NCBI GenBank assembly: GCA_020137815.1
Contig: CM035351.1
Coordinates: 9,796,001-9,860,000 of the forward strand
Length of the DNA stretch: 64,000 bases
Direction of reading: 5' to 3'
Source of the DNA: Hormiphora californensis
Taxonomy: Eukaryota > Animalia > Ctenophora
In this document: positions 13,199-25,998 of the stretch, one piece after another
Layout: every line of letters begins with the position of its first letter
Position numbering within the stretch: position 1 is the first letter of the stretch
Notes under the pieces: model-generated
Told to the model about the DNA's origin: nothing
Database searches by the model: none
The model's input: the letters and a program-made list of their open reading frames with translations, nothing else
Made by a program: the position numbers and the translations under genes

Positions 13199-14525
13199 TA
13201 ACTTAATGAATAGTTCTATGTCCATCACAATCTTTTAACACTTATTTCCAGGTACTGATCATTGAGTTTCGAACAATGCCGTGTAAACTGTCCTCTATCA
13301 ATAATTATGAAGCTCCCATCATCCGGTGTAGGCTTTTTCCTGACAGAGGTATGTAGTAGGTAGTCATCACAACACTTTAGGGTGTGGCAAACATATGTTT
13401 GCCACAACCTAAAGTGTTTCAATTTGTATTCTGCTCCCTCTACACCCGGTCGAGCACTTTCGTGGCCGTCACTGCCCCGTACTGTATATTTTACAGTATA
13501 AATCCTAAATCGCATTCTCTCTTCACTCTAATTTAAAATTATATCTCAGATCTCTCTCCCCTAGTTTGATTCGGTCCTGACCAAGATGTTAACGTTGGTA
13601 CATATTTGTCCTTTTCCTTCTCATTACACATACCAAGTTTCGAATAATGCCATGTGAACTGTCCTTTCATCCCGTTCCCGAAAATGAGGTATGGTAACAA
13701 GATTTAAATATTTATTTTATGAGTTTTGAATAATGTTTAAGGGGTCATCAATTCAGCCCTAAATTACAAATTGGCTTAATTCAGTTTTCAGATGGTGTTA
13801 AAATGAACACACCATGTCACACCATGTCACACCATGTCACACTAATACCCTAAGATTTAATCGGGGCGCGCGCGGTTGTTTTTAAAATAAAAGTTGAAAC
13901 GTGTCAGCAGTTGGTAGCGTGGTCTGGTGTGCGCGTCTTAGCAACCCCTGAACTTATCCAGCGTGCAGGCCTACGCCCCTACGGGGCTTGCCTGCTTCGC
14001 AGGCAAATGTACGGGCGACTGGTACGGGCGTCTCATCCGGGCCCCCGTAATCCGCTGCCTCACCACGTGGTGATCTAACCGCTCCTACACATTGGGTTTT
14101 TGAAAAAACGGCCATTAAAAAAATTTTGGCGAGGCGGTTAAATCATTTATTGTAACGCGCGAATTTTCCCAAAAAAGCGCTGCTTTTTTACGCCGCGCGC
14201 GGAACCTAAAATTACGCGCGCAGTGTAAAATTTTAAAATTCATTGAAAATTTCCTCGCGTTTTATGTCGCCAAAAAAAAGGCCAGCGTTAAAATCTGGGT
14301 GTTTCGTCATCGCGATTAACTCTTCATACGGTTACCCCCTTTCTCTCTTCGGCAGCTTCTCTTCGGCTGTTGGAAAGTGATGCCAATCGGTGTTGGGGTT
14401 AGTGAATTTTCAAAGAAAAAAAAAAAAAAAAAAAAGGTGTTTCGTGAGTGCTGACAAACGGTTTTTTAGGGTTAGGGCTAAAGTGGGGTTAGGGTTAGGG
14501 CTGGGGTTTTGGTTGGGGTTAGGCC

Positions 14526-16172
14526 TTGACATTTCCTACCAGATAAACTTTGATTTAGCCAAAACGGTTGAGTGGTTTGGCAGTTAGAGCCATTTTAGTG
14601 AATCAACTTTTTTGGCAGCGCGCACCTGTAAACAGGCCACCAAACACCCAGATCGTAACGGCGCCCCAAAAAAAAGTCGACGAAAAATTCCAAATTCCGA
14701 ATTCGTGAATTATAGGAACTCCGGTCAGTTCTCATCTTGCCAATCCGTTTTCCGGGAAGTGGGAACCCCTGGCCAAAGGACATTAAAATTCACATACCGA
14801 CCAAGTTTCATATCGATTGGATAAGATTTTGGGTGGCTACGGTGAAAAATATCGTATTTTTTTTCCCGACGCGATTTACGACCGTTAAACATTGAGTTAC
14901 GGGAAATCGCTATCATGTAAAATGAAGTTCAAACGATTCTCTTTCCCCACTGTGGCGTTAGTTTTTTGATTTAGAGCCGTTTTCAGGGTCTTAGAAGCGT
15001 TTGAAAAAATGTAAGTATTTTTGGCGCAATGACGTCACCCCGTGACATCACTGTTGTAAAGATCGGATCAAAAATCTGAGCCCGTACTTACACCCGCCTT
15101 GGTCCAAAGTACCAGTGTACAAATTTTCAGGGGTCTAGCTCAAAAACTGTAGGAGGAGTAGGGAGAAAACAATTATCGGACTAACATTTTGGAAATTATT
15201 ATATGGATGTGTTTGTGATTGTTTGTTTGTCTGTGAATGTACTTGTAAGTTTGTTATCATGTTTTTGCATTAACCGTTTTGTATTGACTGTTGATGTTGT
15301 GTTTTGCGTCTGTGACTTTGTGTTTAATCTGTTTTTAATCTGTTTTTATGTCTGTCTGCTTGTTTTGTTTGTTCATCACCTTGTTTCAGTTTTCTATTTT
15401 CCATTGTTCCTCGTTTTTGTGCATCCAATGCTACTAGGATATGTTTCAATGTCTCTAAGTATTGTTTAAACCGCTTTATGAAACCGCTGATGTGAACTGT
15501 ATATTTTCACCTCTCAGCCTTGTATCACTTTTATTGGTGTATGGTGTAAGAGCGGGACGAAGTTATATATTAATGTGTGTGACTTTGTGATAAATTGTGC
15601 ATAAACTTAAACTTAAACTTATCTCCGGTTCCTGATAAGATAAAGACTTGATCCTGGTTGCGTTGGAAAGATAAAAATTTTATCTTTCCAATGGAAACCA
15701 AGAAAAAGTCGCTAGCCTATCAGGAACCAGAAATCGATTTCAAGCGCTGCATTTTGATGCGCGGCGGCCTGTCGCTTAAATAAAAAATTGGACTTTAATG
15801 TTATATCTAATCCAAGTGGGATAGTTCCCCACTAACTCACCGTTATCAGAGAACCGTGTTGAACACTTGTTGCACTTAGAGGCACAAAAAGACGTGTGAG
15901 CTCAGTCAGAGTGGAAGACGTTAACTTTCGAGATACGTGAGCAGAGAGAGAGGGAGAATGAGTGTATGAGGGTGTGTTGGTTATATATTGTGATTTTATC
16001 GTTTGTCAGATTTCGTTTAAAATTATTTTCAAAATAATAAAAAGATCTCGGTGTTTGGTGGCCTGTTTACAGGTGCACGTTGCCACAAAAGTTGGTTCAT
16101 TAAAATGGCTCTAACCGGCAAACCACTCAACCGTTTTGGCTAATTCAAAGTTTATCCGATAGGAAATGTCAA
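14526..16172. repeat. Inverted repeat pair (about 130 bp arms), probably the subterminal arms of a decayed TIR element
   Basis: 14526-14654 is the reverse complement of about 16043-16172. Confidence 0.6.
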
Positions 16173-16899
16173 GAAAATAAGAGACATTCAGGCCAAAACA
16201 GACATTACAAAATTTAGCCGGGAAAAAAAGAACTCGACGCCAATTTTCGAACAATAACTCACTTTCGAGTTACTGTTGAACACTTCATCGTAACAAGCAT
16301 GCTATTAGAGTCCCAAAAAACATAGGTACATGCCCCCGTGCCCAGGTGAGCCCAGGGGGATCCCCTCAAGTTGGGCCAGTTGGGATCCCCTTGTAAACGT
16401 GCTGGCACTCCTTGAAATGCTAACAATATGACCCTCTCTGAAATTTGAAGTTTTTGGTAAACTCCAGGAGATCTCTGATCTATTCGACGTGACACTGTAC
16501 AAATTTTACACCGATTGGTGCTGCAGTGGGGGCCTCGCTATGGGCCTAGCAAAATGCCATTTTTGGTTAAAAACTGAAAAAGTTATTACTGCTTTCTGGC
16601 ACACCCGGCTTTGGGGGGATGTCACCTTTGCGCTTGCCAGCGCTCTGATAACGTTGTACCTGAAAATAATGTTCCAGATTCTTACACTTTTAGACCACAC
16701 AGGCTCGGTGAAAAAGTTAAAAAGATCACACGCAGGCTTGTGCACTGAAGAATCTGCCTTGACCTGTGGTATCGAATCATTATTGCTGCACTTATATCAC
16801 TCGACCTTCGGTCTCGTGATATAAGTTTTCAGGTACAACTTATAGGCATGCATAATAAAATCATACAATATAAAATTATAAAATACATTTTATTTCAGG

Positions 16900-19314
16900 A
16901 TGAAGTTTTCGAAAGACTCCACCAAACACCCAGAGTTCAGAGAGCCTGTTTACCAACGTATCAAAGAAAAATATCACCACTTTCACCTTCCTTATTCATG
17001 GATCGAGTTTCGAAAGAAAGCTCCCAACGTAACAAGACTCCTCAATACTGGCATGGAAACGCCATCATCACAAAAAAATGCACCAAAGATGTTTAGCCCT
17101 GGCTGGGGTAAACAAAACTTGGTTAAGTCATTCGCAACTAAAGAAAATCTATTAACCAACTCATCATCTGTTCGTGTGCCTTACCAAACGATGCTTTCCA
17201 CTCAATTCAACAAAGATATGCAGAACACTATCCCACTGTTTAGTAACAACAATAATTGCACACTTGCTGATTCTGGATATTCTAACACTTCCGCGATTGA
17301 TGGAGATTTAATGTCAGAAACACCGTTTACTATTGGGTCACCGGAATCGATATACGATAATAACACACAAATCAAAGAAGCTGTTATTTACAAAGTTGCT
17401 AGTGGATATCGCACTCCTTCCTTGAAACCCCTATCACCAATATCGGTTAAAGAAGAATCAGTCACTCCTAAAAGAACTCTGGCACAGGAACCATTCGTTA
17501 GTATTTGTGAACTAACGGAGAGAGAGCGAGAAAATGTTTGCAAGATGTTAACAGAAAAAAATATTGCAGCAATATCGTTATTTTACTCTGATCAAACCTC
17601 AAATTTGCTGCTGCAAACGGGAACAAAATATCCATCTGAGAAAATAACTGTTTCTGGAATCGCTGTCTTAGTTAACGGATCTACCAGAAGCTGTTCTTAC
17701 AATATTTTTATCCCGATATCTGCAGTTGGTGATAACAACGAGCAGAGTGTTTCCTTTCTAAAGTGCCTTTTCTCATCAGCAATTCCTAAAGTTACTTTTA
17801 ACGCCTATCAGCTTTTGATTGTGTGTAGTGTCCTAATGAATAGACAGTCTGGTGCGTGTGTTAATCAACTTATGGACCTGAAGATTGCATCCTGGCTACT
17901 AAACTCCGATGATGTTCCAAAGAACCTTCCTGATTTCTTAACCCAGTATAATATTGCTCAACCTATGGGTCCAACAGTTTTAAACCGACTCCATTCTGCT
18001 TTGAAGTCTCTTCTAGTAGCACATACAATTATGGTTGATAGGTTAGCTAAAGAGAAGCTCACAAATATTTTCACCCTTCTTGAAACACCTCTGATGGAAA
18101 CAACATCTGCCATGGGCCAGTCGGGGATCTCAATAAATAACGAAAAACTTAGTGAAATCAGTCGGATTATATCAATAACATTAATTGAAGTTGAAAAGGA
18201 GGCATCATCATTGCTTGGCAGACCCGTTCTTCTTACCAGTCCAACACAACTGAGACAAATTCTATACGAGGAGTTACAATTGGATATGCAAATTTCTAAT
18301 AAGCTTACCAGAACTGCTGCTTTGAAAGAAAAAAGTACTTCTGAAGCATGTCTTTTAAAATTGACATCTGTTCACCCATTACCCAGACTGATTCTTCTTC
18401 ACAGGCGACTATCAAAAACGAAGTCTACTTATTTGGATGGTATCCTACCATACATTAAATATGGAAAACTGTACCCCTCCTGGGATCAGACCTCTGCATC
18501 CACAGGTCGCCTCGTATCATGTAATCCCAATATCCAAGCTTTTCCAAAAGAACCTTTAAGGCTAGGGTTTTCTAGAACTGTCACAGTCCGAGACGTAGTT
18601 GTACCGAGCCTTGGACATAAGTTTGTTGCTGTTGATTTTTGTTCAATTGAGTTGCGGATTCTAGCTCATTTCGCCAAAGATCAAGAACTAATTGATGCAA
18701 TAACAGCTGAAGGTGATGTGTTTATAAACCTTACCGCAAGCTGGAGGAGTATTGATATCAGCCAGGTCACATCGGAAGATCGAAACAAAACAAAACGGGT
18801 ATGTTATGCAATCATTTATGGCGTTGGAATACCAAAGCTCTCTGAAATACTAGAAGTACCCATCAGCGAAGCAAAAGTTCTGATGAACAGTTTTATCCAG
18901 CGTTTTCAGAATATTTCCCGGTTTACCAACGCAGTGATAAACAAAGTACGTCAAACAAAAAAGCTGCATACTATATTGTATCGGTTACGAAACTTTGCTG
19001 AAATTAACAGCCAAAACTTTCACCTTCGGAAAGCAATGGAAAGACAAGCCGTAAACTTTGTAATTCAAGGCTCGGCGGCCGACATCTGTAAGTTGGCGAT
19101 GCTGAAGGTTTCCGCTAAACCTGTTTCTAAGTTATTGATTCAAATCCACGACGAGTTGTTATATGAGGTTGTAGATGGAAGTGAGCTAAAATTTGCTCAG
19201 GAGATCTATCGTACCCTTGAGTCAACTGAGTTTGTAAAAGAAGCAAATTTGAGCATTCCCCTGAAGGTTAAAGTGCAAGTGGGGGAAAGCTGGGGCCAAA
19301 TGAGAGATTTGTGA
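16900..19314 (+). CDS. POLN: DNA polymerase nu (family A), 804 aa, uninterrupted ORF
   Basis: Motif A DFCSIELRILAHF, motif B RNKTKRVCYAIIYG, ERQAVNFVIQGSAADICKLAM, motif C QIHDELLYEV, STSEACL..HPLP and WDQTSASTGRL. These are closest to POLN as I recall it. There is no helicase region. A tttcag acceptor lies 1 nt before the ATG, and AATAAA occurs at the stop and near 19417. Confidence 0.88.
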   Translation: MKFSKDSTKHPEFREPVYQRIKEKYHHFHLPYSWIEFRKKAPNVTRLLNTGMETPSSQKNAPKMFSPGWGKQNLVKSFATKENLLTNSSSVRVPYQTMLSTQFNKDMQNTIPLFSNNNNCTLADSGYSNTSAIDGDLMSETPFTIGSPESIYDNNTQIKEAVIYKVASGYRTPSLKPLSPISVKEESVTPKRTLAQEPFVSICELTERERENVCKMLTEKNIAAISLFYSDQTSNLLLQTGTKYPSEKITVSGIAVLVNGSTRSCSYNIFIPISAVGDNNEQSVSFLKCLFSSAIPKVTFNAYQLLIVCSVLMNRQSGACVNQLMDLKIASWLLNSDDVPKNLPDFLTQYNIAQPMGPTVLNRLHSALKSLLVAHTIMVDRLAKEKLTNIFTLLETPLMETTSAMGQSGISINNEKLSEISRIISITLIEVEKEASSLLGRPVLLTSPTQLRQILYEELQLDMQISNKLTRTAALKEKSTSEACLLKLTSVHPLPRLILLHRRLSKTKSTYLDGILPYIKYGKLYPSWDQTSASTGRLVSCNPNIQAFPKEPLRLGFSRTVTVRDVVVPSLGHKFVAVDFCSIELRILAHFAKDQELIDAITAEGDVFINLTASWRSIDISQVTSEDRNKTKRVCYAIIYGVGIPKLSEILEVPISEAKVLMNSFIQRFQNISRFTNAVINKVRQTKKLHTILYRLRNFAEINSQNFHLRKAMERQAVNFVIQGSAADICKLAMLKVSAKPVSKLLIQIHDELLYEVVDGSELKFAQEIYRTLESTEFVKEANLSIPLKVKVQVGESWGQMRDL

Positions 19315-19564
19315 ATAAATGTATACATCGTGTCCCATATATAATATTCTCGGGGTCGGTTGGCGAGCTGTGTGATAGTTGTGTGAAAACAACTCACTTT
19401 AAACTTTTCAGATTAATAAATTTAACAAAACCGGAATAATGATGGTTATCATCATGATGGAGGCTTGATGCATCATGATGCTCTCAACCCATAGTGTGTG
19501 CACGTTTGATCATCATAAACCATAGTGTGTGCACATTTGATCATCATAAACCATGCTCAACTTG

Positions 19565-21965
19565 TAGTTAGGGGATTATAGGCGGATTTAGGCCCTGAAT
19601 GGGAAAAAATTTGCAACAAGCTAATTCCTTCACTAATGTGTTCCTAAGGGTCTCCACTAAGCCCCCAGAAAAGTGTAACCCAGTGTGAGGGGTGCAACAT
19701 GGTCATTTCCGGTTGGGCGTGGCCGTGCATGGTGAAGATTGACACTTTCGTTCCCTTTGGGTTAAATAGTAAAATGAGGGCATAAAAATGTGCAGAATCG
19801 ACGGGTTAGTGGGGGTAGAACATGTCAAAATTAAAATTCCACGATTATTTTTTGAGATAATTGCATAATTAGCATAATTAGTGCTCGCACAGGGTAAATT
19901 TGATGGTTAATGGGGTAGGATGGGTTTTGGACCCGGAAAAAGATCTACCCCGACCGGAAACATCGTGTTAGTGGGGGTAGAGCATGCCAGATTTGTAATT
20001 AAACCATTTTCTAATGAGATAATTGTATAATTAGAAGACTAATTATCGAAAAAGTTTAAAAATTGGAACTTTGGATCCGGAAAAAGATCTACCTCGACCA
20101 AAAACAACGTGTTAGTGGGGGGTAGAGTATGTCAAAATTACCCTCAAACCATTTTTTAATGATATGACCCTCCCAGATACCCCTCAGACCCTACCTAATA
20201 CCTCTCTGATCCTCCCAGACACCCTTCAGACCCTATCTAATACCCCTCTGATTCTCAGACATACCCCTCAGACCCTACATGATACCCCTCTGACCCTCTC
20301 AAATACTCCTCAGACCCTACCTGATACCTCTCTGACCATCCCACATACCCCTCAGACCCTACCTGATACCATTCTGATCCTCCCAGACACCCTTCAGACC
20401 CTACATGATACCCCTCTGACCTTTCCAGGAACCCCTCAGACCCTACTAGATACCTCTACGACCATCCCAGATGCCCCTCAGACCCTACCTGATGCCCCTC
20501 AGACCCTACCTGATACCCCTCTGATCCTCCCAGATACCCTTTAGATCCTACCTGATACCTGTCTTATCCTCCCAGATACCTATCAGATCCTCCCATATAG
20601 CCCTTAGACCGTGCTAGATATCCCACAGACCCTACAGGTAGATACCTCTCTGACCATCCCAGATACCACTCAGACCCTACCTGATAGTTCTCTGACCGTC
20701 CTAGATAGCCCTGAGACCGTGCTAGATATCCCGCAGACCCTACTAGATACCTCTCTGACCATCCCAGATACCCCTCAGACCCTACCTGATACCCAACTGA
20801 CCGTCCTAGATAGCCCTCAGGCCGTGCTAGATACCCGTCAGGCCCTATCTGAAACTCTCAGACCCTACTAGTCACCCCTGAGACCCTACCTGATACCACT
20901 AAGATCCAACTATATAGCCCTTTGACCCCACCTGATTCCCCTCAGACCGTGCTCAATGGGCTATCTAGAACGGTCTGAGGGTCTAACACCTAAATACTTC
21001 TCAAAGCATACTAGAAACAATTCAGATCCTTCTGCATCACCGTACGGTCTAAGGGCGATCTGGAAGGGTATGAGGGGTATCTGGGATGGTCATAGAGGTA
21101 ACGGGTAGGGTCTGAGGGGTTCCTGGAAAGGTCAGAGGGGTATCATGTAGGGTTTCTGGGAGGATCAGAATGGTATCAGGTAGGGTTTGAGGTGTATCTG
21201 GGAGGATCAGAATGGTATCAGGTAGGGTCTGAGGTGTATCTGGGAGGATCAGAATGGTATCAGGTAGGGTCTGAGGGGTATGTGGGATGGTCAGGGAGGT
21301 ATCAGGTAGGGTCTGAGGGGTATGTGGGAGGATCAGAGAGGTATTAGGTAGGGTCTGAGGGGTATCTGGGTGGGTCATATCATTAAAAAATGGTTTGAGG
21401 GTAATTTTGACATACTCTACCCCACTCACACGTTGTTTTTGGTCGAGGTAGATCTTTTTCCGGATCTAAAGTTCCAATTTTTAAACTTTTTTGATAATTA
21501 GTCTTCTAATTATACAATTATCTCATTAGAAAATGGTTTAATTACAAATCTGACATGCTCTACCCCCACTAACACGATGTTTACGGTCGGGGTAGATCTT
21601 TTTCCGGGTCCAAAACCCATCCTACCCCATTAACCATCAAATTTACCCTGGGCGAGCACTAATTATGCTAATTATGCAATTATCTCAAAAAATAATCGTG
21701 GAATTTCAATTTTGACGTGTTTTACCCCCACTAAACCGTCGATTCTGCACATTTTGATGTCCTCATTTTACTATTTAACCCAAAGGGAACGAAAGTGTCA
21801 ATCTTCACCATGCGCGGCCACGCCCAACCGGAAATGACCATGTTGCACCCCTCACACTGAGTTACACTTTTCTGGGGGCTTAGTGGGGACCCTTGGGAAC
21901 ACATTAGTGAAGGAATTAGCTTGTTGCAAATTTTTTCCCATTCATGAGCCTTTGTCCCCTAACTA
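19565..21965. mobile_element. Non-autonomous Academ-like element, 2.4 kb, with very long TIRs
   Basis: TAG...CTA termini and an exact 3-bp TSD (TTG) within a known host sequence. The inverted arms exceed 600 bp and run into a 21-bp tandem array. No transposase. Confidence 0.75.
20165..21376. repeat. 21-bp tandem array (cccagatacccctcagaccct-like) in both orientations inside the Academ-like element
   Basis: It produces the 7-aa periodic TLPDTPQ pseudo-ORFs on both strands. Confidence 0.9.
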
Positions 21966-22304
21966 TTGCTGGAACTTGCCTTTTGATCATGCTAATCATG
22001 ATCAGTGTGCACATGATGATGATGATATCTTCCCCTTGCAAGTCGCACGCTCTGAGCACGCAAATTCATACCACGTGGTACATATCACATGACTACAGCC
22101 CTCCATAACATCAGAACGTGCACGCACTAGGTGTTGATGATCATCATCCAACTTAAGAGACGGCTCCAGCGCCGGCTCTTACGTGATGATCAAAATGTTC
22201 CGCACACTGCAGTTTTTTGCAGATGATGATGAACAAAAACATGAGCACACTTCATCTTTTTAACTGATGTTGTTCATCACGATCATTATGCGTATGGCCT
22301 AAGG

Positions 22305-22805
22305 CTAACAAAGGAAAAACTACCGTTTAGTATAATAGTACACTGTCCCACTGTCTTTGCGTGACCTGTGATTTTGGGTCATGACCGGGCTCCATCAAAT
22401 TGATCAAAACTCATCGAAAAATAGGTCAAAATGGTTCTAACAAAACCCAGTGTTCTAGAGAATTGTCTGGCAAACATTTTGGTTGCAAGATTGACTTTCC
22501 AAGTTTTACCAATCGTCAGATATATCGTCTTAAAGTCAAAAATACGTGTTAATCTCACTCAGACATCACAGAATTTCTCCTAAGTGTACAATCTTTTTTA
22601 CAAAAATAGAGTTGCTACATAAGCTAGAGATGCTCTAGTTTATATAGCAACTCTATTTTTGTAAAATAGATTGTACACTTAGGAGAAATTCTGTGATGTC
22701 TGAGTGAGATTATCTCACTCAGACGTGGACTGTCCCCAGTACAAACTATCAAACTACAAACTATTAGTTTACTACTATACCAAACGGTAGTTTTTCCTTT
22801 GTTAG
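22305..22805. mobile_element. MITE with TIR ctaacaaaggaaaaactaccgttt
   Basis: Inverted ends at about 22305 and 22805, plus an internal hairpin at about 22550-22710. Confidence 0.6.
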
Positions 22806-23039
22806 TAACTAGCTCTCCGACGCCTATCGCGATCGAGCACTCTTCCTCCGTAACGGAATTAGTTGGTAAGGTCATAATATATCGATACTGTATGATATGT
22901 GATTCTCCATCTATCACCCCGATTAGTCGCCACATATTCATTGATTCACGATTCGATAGAGATCACATGTCTTGGCTAATTAAAAAATTCGAAAATCTGA
23001 GATTTTCAGTGAAAATGGACTAAAATATTTTGGGGAAGA

Positions 23040-23634
23040 TAGGGATCCCTAAAAAAGTTCAGTATTTACACAGCGTTTACACAGTCGTTACACCCAGAGC
23101 GCCTGTGCCGCTCTGGGTGTAAAGACTGCGTCTTTCGCACTCGATTTGCAGCGTTTTTGGAAACATTTTTCGCCACAGCGCTCAATTTACTCAACTAGCA
23201 AAACTGGGGCGATCGTACCGATCGCAAATCGAGGGGTCTGTTCCTATGTTTTTCTCTCTGCCTGTCTGCTATATGCTATGTGATGTGATTCCTCTCTTTT
23301 TCTCTTTTTCTCTCCCTTTTATACATGTGATGTGACCCCTCAAGTCGCAAGCAATTCTCAACACGTGTGATACGTGATACCTACGAATCACGTTGTTACA
23401 CTGACGGATCATGTCGTCACACTGACGGATCACGTCGTCACACTGACGGATCACGTCGTCACATTGACGATAGGGTGTCATATTTCCGTGCAAATTTGCA
23501 TTAGATATAGTTAGATTGTGCAGCACACAATCCAATAAAAAGCCGCAAAACGCAGCACGCTCCACTCTGGGTGTAACGACTGTGTAAAGACTGTGTAAAC
23601 GCTGTGTAAATACTGAACTTTTTTAGGGATCCCT
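23040..23634. mobile_element. MITE with TAGGGATCCC termini (hAT-like start)
   Basis: Inverted ends of about 55-65 bp (tagggatccctaaaaaagttcagtatttacacagcg). No clear TSD. Confidence 0.6.
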
Positions 23635-25488
23635 ATTACCCTCCCGGTAAATCGGGGCCCGTTTCATATTTTTCTTAATTTTCTTATCATTTTCATTTGG
23701 CCAGTTTATATATCACCATAATAATTGTATTATGTTAAAATTATGTTAATAACTAACAGAATTGTAATTTTGCAAATATTCTTGTTTTATTTAAAACGTT
23801 TGTAAGTGAGAGTGGACCGACACAGAATTACACAGAAGATTATTGTAGGTAGTAGAGAAAAGTTATCTGAGCATTTTGCATTTTCCCGCTTAAAATTGGC
23901 CCTTCGATCACGGAGATATTTTTGATACAACGGGAGAATTTCTTTCTGTGTATTCTCTCTGTAGGCAGCAAATTGGTGATGTCATTCTCCAATTTTAAGG
24001 CTAGAGGGGGGGGGGGTCGACCGATTTTTGACCCCTATTTTGGACCATTTTTGGGGTTACCATCATGTGATAGCGCTTGGCATACTGGACCAGATGGATA
24101 TGACAGAATCGATTTTGCACGAACGGTCTGGAAAAAAATGGTGTTAACTTTAGGTCTGAAATAAATGTAAACCCCATTATTTTAGGACTGGTAGATAGGG
24201 GTTAGAATACCCAATCAAGTGTCAAACACTTTGTCTTATCAAGAGGGATCACTCTGCAAGTTTTACATTATAAGTCCAACTGGTCTTTGAATTATTTGGG
24301 GTTAAAGGGCCTAAAAACCCAAATTATATTTATTATTTTGAACACTCCATCGTAACAAGCATGATATTGGAGTCCCAAAAAACATGGGTACATACCAAAC
24401 GGGCCCCAGGTGAGCCAGGGGGGAGCCCCTCAAGTTGGGGCCATTTGGGGTCCACTTGTAAACACGCTTGTACTACTTGAAATGCTAACAATATGATCCT
24501 CTCTCAAATATAAAATTTAGGATAGAAACTATCCTTGTGTTATAGTCGATTTCATAATCTTTCTCATCAATTATTATCCTTAAAAACTAGGAGAAAAAAT
24601 ACCAGAATACAGAGACAAGAAAGATTATGTGCTCACCTGAAAAACAAGGCTAAATTTTACCCAAAACTTCAAATTTCAGATAGGATCATATTGTTAGCAT
24701 TTCAAGGAGTACAAGCACGTTTACAAGGGGACCCCAACTCGGCGCCAACTTGAGGGGGCTCCCCCTGGGCTCACATTGGGCCCGTGGGGCGTGTGCCTAT
24801 GTTTTTTGGGACTCCAATAGCATGCTTGTTACGATGTAGTGTTCAAAATTAAGGTCAGAGGGGGGGGGTCCGGGGTATAAAAAGTCACTTTCGGTATCTG
24901 GTCCGGCTCGAAGAGCCGGACCAGATGACATACTTAGAATCGATTTAGCGCGCACCGTTAGGGAGAAAATTGAGGTTAACTTTTGGCCCAAAATCAATGT
25001 TAACCTCTCTAATTCTTAAAGATCAGGTATTGAAACAATAAAAACTATTCTAAAAGTAAGGTATCACTAACTAAGGAGAGCATGTGTGAGCAATTATATG
25101 GCGTAAAACTGTGTTTTGAGTGTAACGATTTTTGATTGAGGCTTCCGTTCTCAAGATATTGAGGTTAACGTCGAAAAAACATCAGGTGTGAAATATGTTA
25201 ACCTCAATATCTTGGGAACGGAAGCCTCAATCAAAAATCGTTACACTCAAAACAGGGTAGGTCTGAATTTAGGGTAGGTCCGTAACGTATCGTTTATCAA
25301 ACCATTGCAATTCGAGATTAGGTCGCTGGACCGAGTCCCGTATCTCGTATCAACTCATTACAATTCGAGGTTAGACACAAATTAGATCACTGAACCGCGT
25401 CCCATATCTCGTATTAAGGCCAGAGGGGGGGGGGTCCGAGGGTCAAAAAGTATACTTTTCTGAGGTTTACACATGTGAGAGCTTTCGG

Positions 25489-25514
25489 CACTACTTTAAA
25501 CAAATTAATTTGAG
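25489..25514 (+). other. Relict spliced-leader exon (3' 26 nt)
   Basis: CACTACTTTAAACAAATTAATTTGAG matches, from memory, the 3' part of the Pleurobrachia/Hormiphora SL. It is followed by GA, not a GT donor. Confidence 0.8.
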
Positions 25515-25584
25515 GACAATGTCCTTGGGTTAATCAGCCTGTTTTAGCATGGATTTTAGGATGGGCTGCTAGGATACCTCAAAT

Positions 25585-25998
25585 ATGGACCTAGACAACA
25601 CTCCCCTCGACCAAATCTTTACTCGTGTGTCCTCCCCTGCGTTGGAGAGAATCATACTACTGGCGCAACAGGAGTTGGAGAGAAGAAAGAAGTTTGGGGT
25701 TCCGAAAAAGGATCCCAGCAAGTATGTTACGTTTCATGGGAGGGGAGTCCCTGAAGTTGACTCAGAATCGTTACATTGGGAGGTCGAAGACTTTGACCAA
25801 AAAAATACCTGGTTGTCAAACACAGGACTCGGGTATGGATGGGGTAAAGTTCAACTGCCTCCTGTGGATATAGCCAAGTACCCCAACATCACGGGATTAA
25901 TGGGGAAATTGAACAGTGAGTTGGGCTGCGGATACAACTCGTGTCTGGTAACCAGGTATAGGAGAGGAGAAGGGGTGCACTACCACTCTGAGTATTAG
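25585..25998 (+). pseudogene. AlkB-like Fe(II)/2-oxoglutarate dioxygenase ORF, truncated at the HxD motif
   Basis: WLSNTGLGYGWG..YPNITGLMGKLNSELGCGYNSCLVTRYRRGEGVHYHS matches the AlkB NSCLxNxY..G..HSD pattern. The distal His and Arg ligands are missing because of the fusion at about 25991. Confidence 0.75.

Larger units (their letters stand above)
6742..14085. mobile_element. Nested composite bounded by ggagcggttagatca TIRs
   Basis: 25-bp inverted repeat with 1 mismatch at 6739-6763 and 14064-14088. It contains the family B halves (starting 6963, ending 14060), a TIR pair at 7423 and 11568, a LINE fragment and exon-like DNA. Confidence 0.6.
19436..22299. mobile_element. Older Harbinger-like MITE copy split by the Academ-like insertion
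   Basis: 19436-19564 and 21966-22299 are collinear with the 4133..4727 family. Confidence 0.75.

Noticed and set aside
15203-15469. Hydrophobic 88-aa ORF
   Set aside because: T/G-rich low-complexity sequence resembling a retroelement 3' UTR, with no motif support.
16900-19314. POLQ or bacterial polA
   Set aside because: There is no helicase or 5' nuclease region, and the NFVIQGSAADICKLAM and QIHDELL motifs fit POLN better.
25489-25514. SL RNA gene
   Set aside because: No GT donor follows the leader, the 5' part is missing, and an mRNA-like ORF follows. This fits a processed copy, not an SL gene.
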